A stretch of 5,154 nucleotides of DNA. Source: a virus. The notes beneath the pieces were generated by a model. The model ran no database searches, was not told the origin of the DNA, and saw only the letters and a list, made by a program, of their open reading frames with translations. The stretch lies in IMG/VR virus record IMGVR_UViG_3300017782_003675; one strand, written 5' to 3'. Below, piece after piece: positions 4,348-5,154 of this stretch. Position numbers and translations under genes: made by a program. How positions within the stretch are numbered: the stretch's first letter is position 1; each line of letters begins with the position of its first letter.

Positions 4348-5154
4348 AAACAGAAATTGGAGGCGATAGACTCGGCTCAGGAAACAAACAAGAAGTAAGC
4401 TTAAGAAATTATGAAAGAAGTACGCATGATCTAGGATATATATGGAGATCAAGTATGGCATCAGAAACGTTAGTACCATTTATGAGTGAAGTAGCACTAC
4501 CTGGTGATAGCTTTGATATAGATTTAGCGTGTGATGTAAAAACGTTACCAACAGTGGGGCCGTTATTTGGAAGTTATAAGGTACAATTGGATGTGTTCCA
4601 ATGTCCAGTAAGATTATATAATGGAAAATTACACATGAATATGTTAAATATAGGTATGGATATGAGTCAAATATTATTACCACAAATGCGAATGTTTGCA
4701 AAATATGATGAAAATGGAAGTGATAATAGTCAAGTAAATAGTTCAAGTATATACTCATATTTAAATATGAGAGGTGTAGGAAGAGAAGAAAATACAGCAT
4801 ATGTATATAGAGATTTTAACGCAGTACCGTACTTAGGATATTGGGATATATACAAAAATTACTATGCAAATAAACAAGAAGAAAGGGGATTTGTAATACA
4901 CGCAACAGATTTAGTAAATGAATTTACACCAGTAGCAACTGATGTAAATGTAAATGTAGCAGGTCCTGATAGTGATGTAACAGTAAACTTTAATAATAGT
5001 GCAACTGTAGATACAAGTGCACAAACAGGAACATTACCAACAGTAACAGTAAGTATAGAATATAGTTGGGAAAATGCAGGTACGGCATATGGTGAACCAG
5101 ATGCAAGTAAAGTACTAGTTGAAATAGCAGGAAGTAATGTGTACTTAAATACAA
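4344..5154 (+). CDS. VP1: Microviridae major capsid protein (VP1/F family), N-terminal part. It is open to the window end and continues across the circular junction into 1..1340 (2,028 nt, 675 aa in total).
   Basis: ATG at 4344 overlaps the TGA of the upstream ORF (ATGA). I translated by hand from 4344 and found no stop before the window end. The N-terminus reads MKTEIGGDRLGSGNKQEVSLRNYERSTHDLGYIWRSSMASETLVPFMSEVALPGDSFDIDL...GPLFGSYKVQLDVFQCPVRLYN...VPYLGYWDIYKNYYAN. This shows the family-typical S.HDL / G.L.P....LPGD / FxxP.R blocks. The frame (position mod 3 = 0) matches 108..1340, and 5,031 is divisible by 3. Confidence 0.93.
   Translation, partial: MKTEIGGDRLGSGNKQEVSLRNYERSTHDLGYIWRSSMASETLVPFMSEVALPGDSFDIDLACDVKTLPTVGPLFGSYKVQLDVFQCPVRLYNGKLHMNMLNIGMDMSQILLPQMRMFAKYDENGSDNSQVNSSSIYSYLNMRGVGREENTAYVYRDFNAVPYLGYWDIYKNYYANKQEERGFVIHATDLVNEFTPVATDVNVNVAGPDSDVTVNFNNSATVDTSAQTGTLPTVTVSIEYSWENAGTAYGEPDASKVLVEIAGSNVYLNT
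5032..5154. repeat. Terminal redundancy, copy 2 (identical to 1..123)
   Basis: Same as copy 1. The repeat lies inside the capsid ORF and preserves its reading frame. Confidence 0.97.

Noticed and set aside
4944-4958. Tandem GTAAAT x2.5 (encodes VNVNV) and GGTGCA x2 in VP2 (about 2112..2123) as repeats or CRISPR-like
   Set aside because: These are tiny in-frame codon-level duplications within CDSs, with no spacer/repeat architecture.

Overview
The window is one complete circular ssDNA phage genome of the family Microviridae (non-phiX type, gokushovirus/alpavirus-like), linearised inside the major capsid gene. Bases 1..123 are identical to 5032..5154, so the unit genome is 5,031 nt. The capsid ORF only closes when 4344..5031 is joined to 1..1340 (2,028 nt, 675 aa). 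All credible genes lie on the + strand, in this order: VP1 capsid, a 117-aa orphan, the VP2 pilot/minor capsid protein, the VP4 HUH rolling-circle Rep, an 86-aa basic orphan, and a 101-aa orphan that overlaps it and ends in ATGA with VP1. The − strand ORFs in the track are Leu/Phe-rich mirror artefacts of an A-rich, C-poor coding strand. I see no rRNA, tRNA, CRISPR array, IS element or integrase. Five observations deserve a second look. (1) An A8-T-G7-TCAT-C6 hairpin sits inside the 5' end of rep and reads as an intrinsic terminator on the antisense strand. (2) An all-beta insertion of roughly 130 aa makes the capsid protein unusually long. (3) A duplicated GAAGTAGG/GGGCAGAG motif opens both of the only two intergenic regions, which are about 150 nt each. 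(4) A GC-rich multi-hairpin intergenic region lies just downstream of the capsid module. (5) None of the six starts has a Shine-Dalgarno sequence, which suggests a Bacteroidota-like host. Three small ORFs have no function I can assign. All homology statements come from recognising motifs by eye, since no searches were run.
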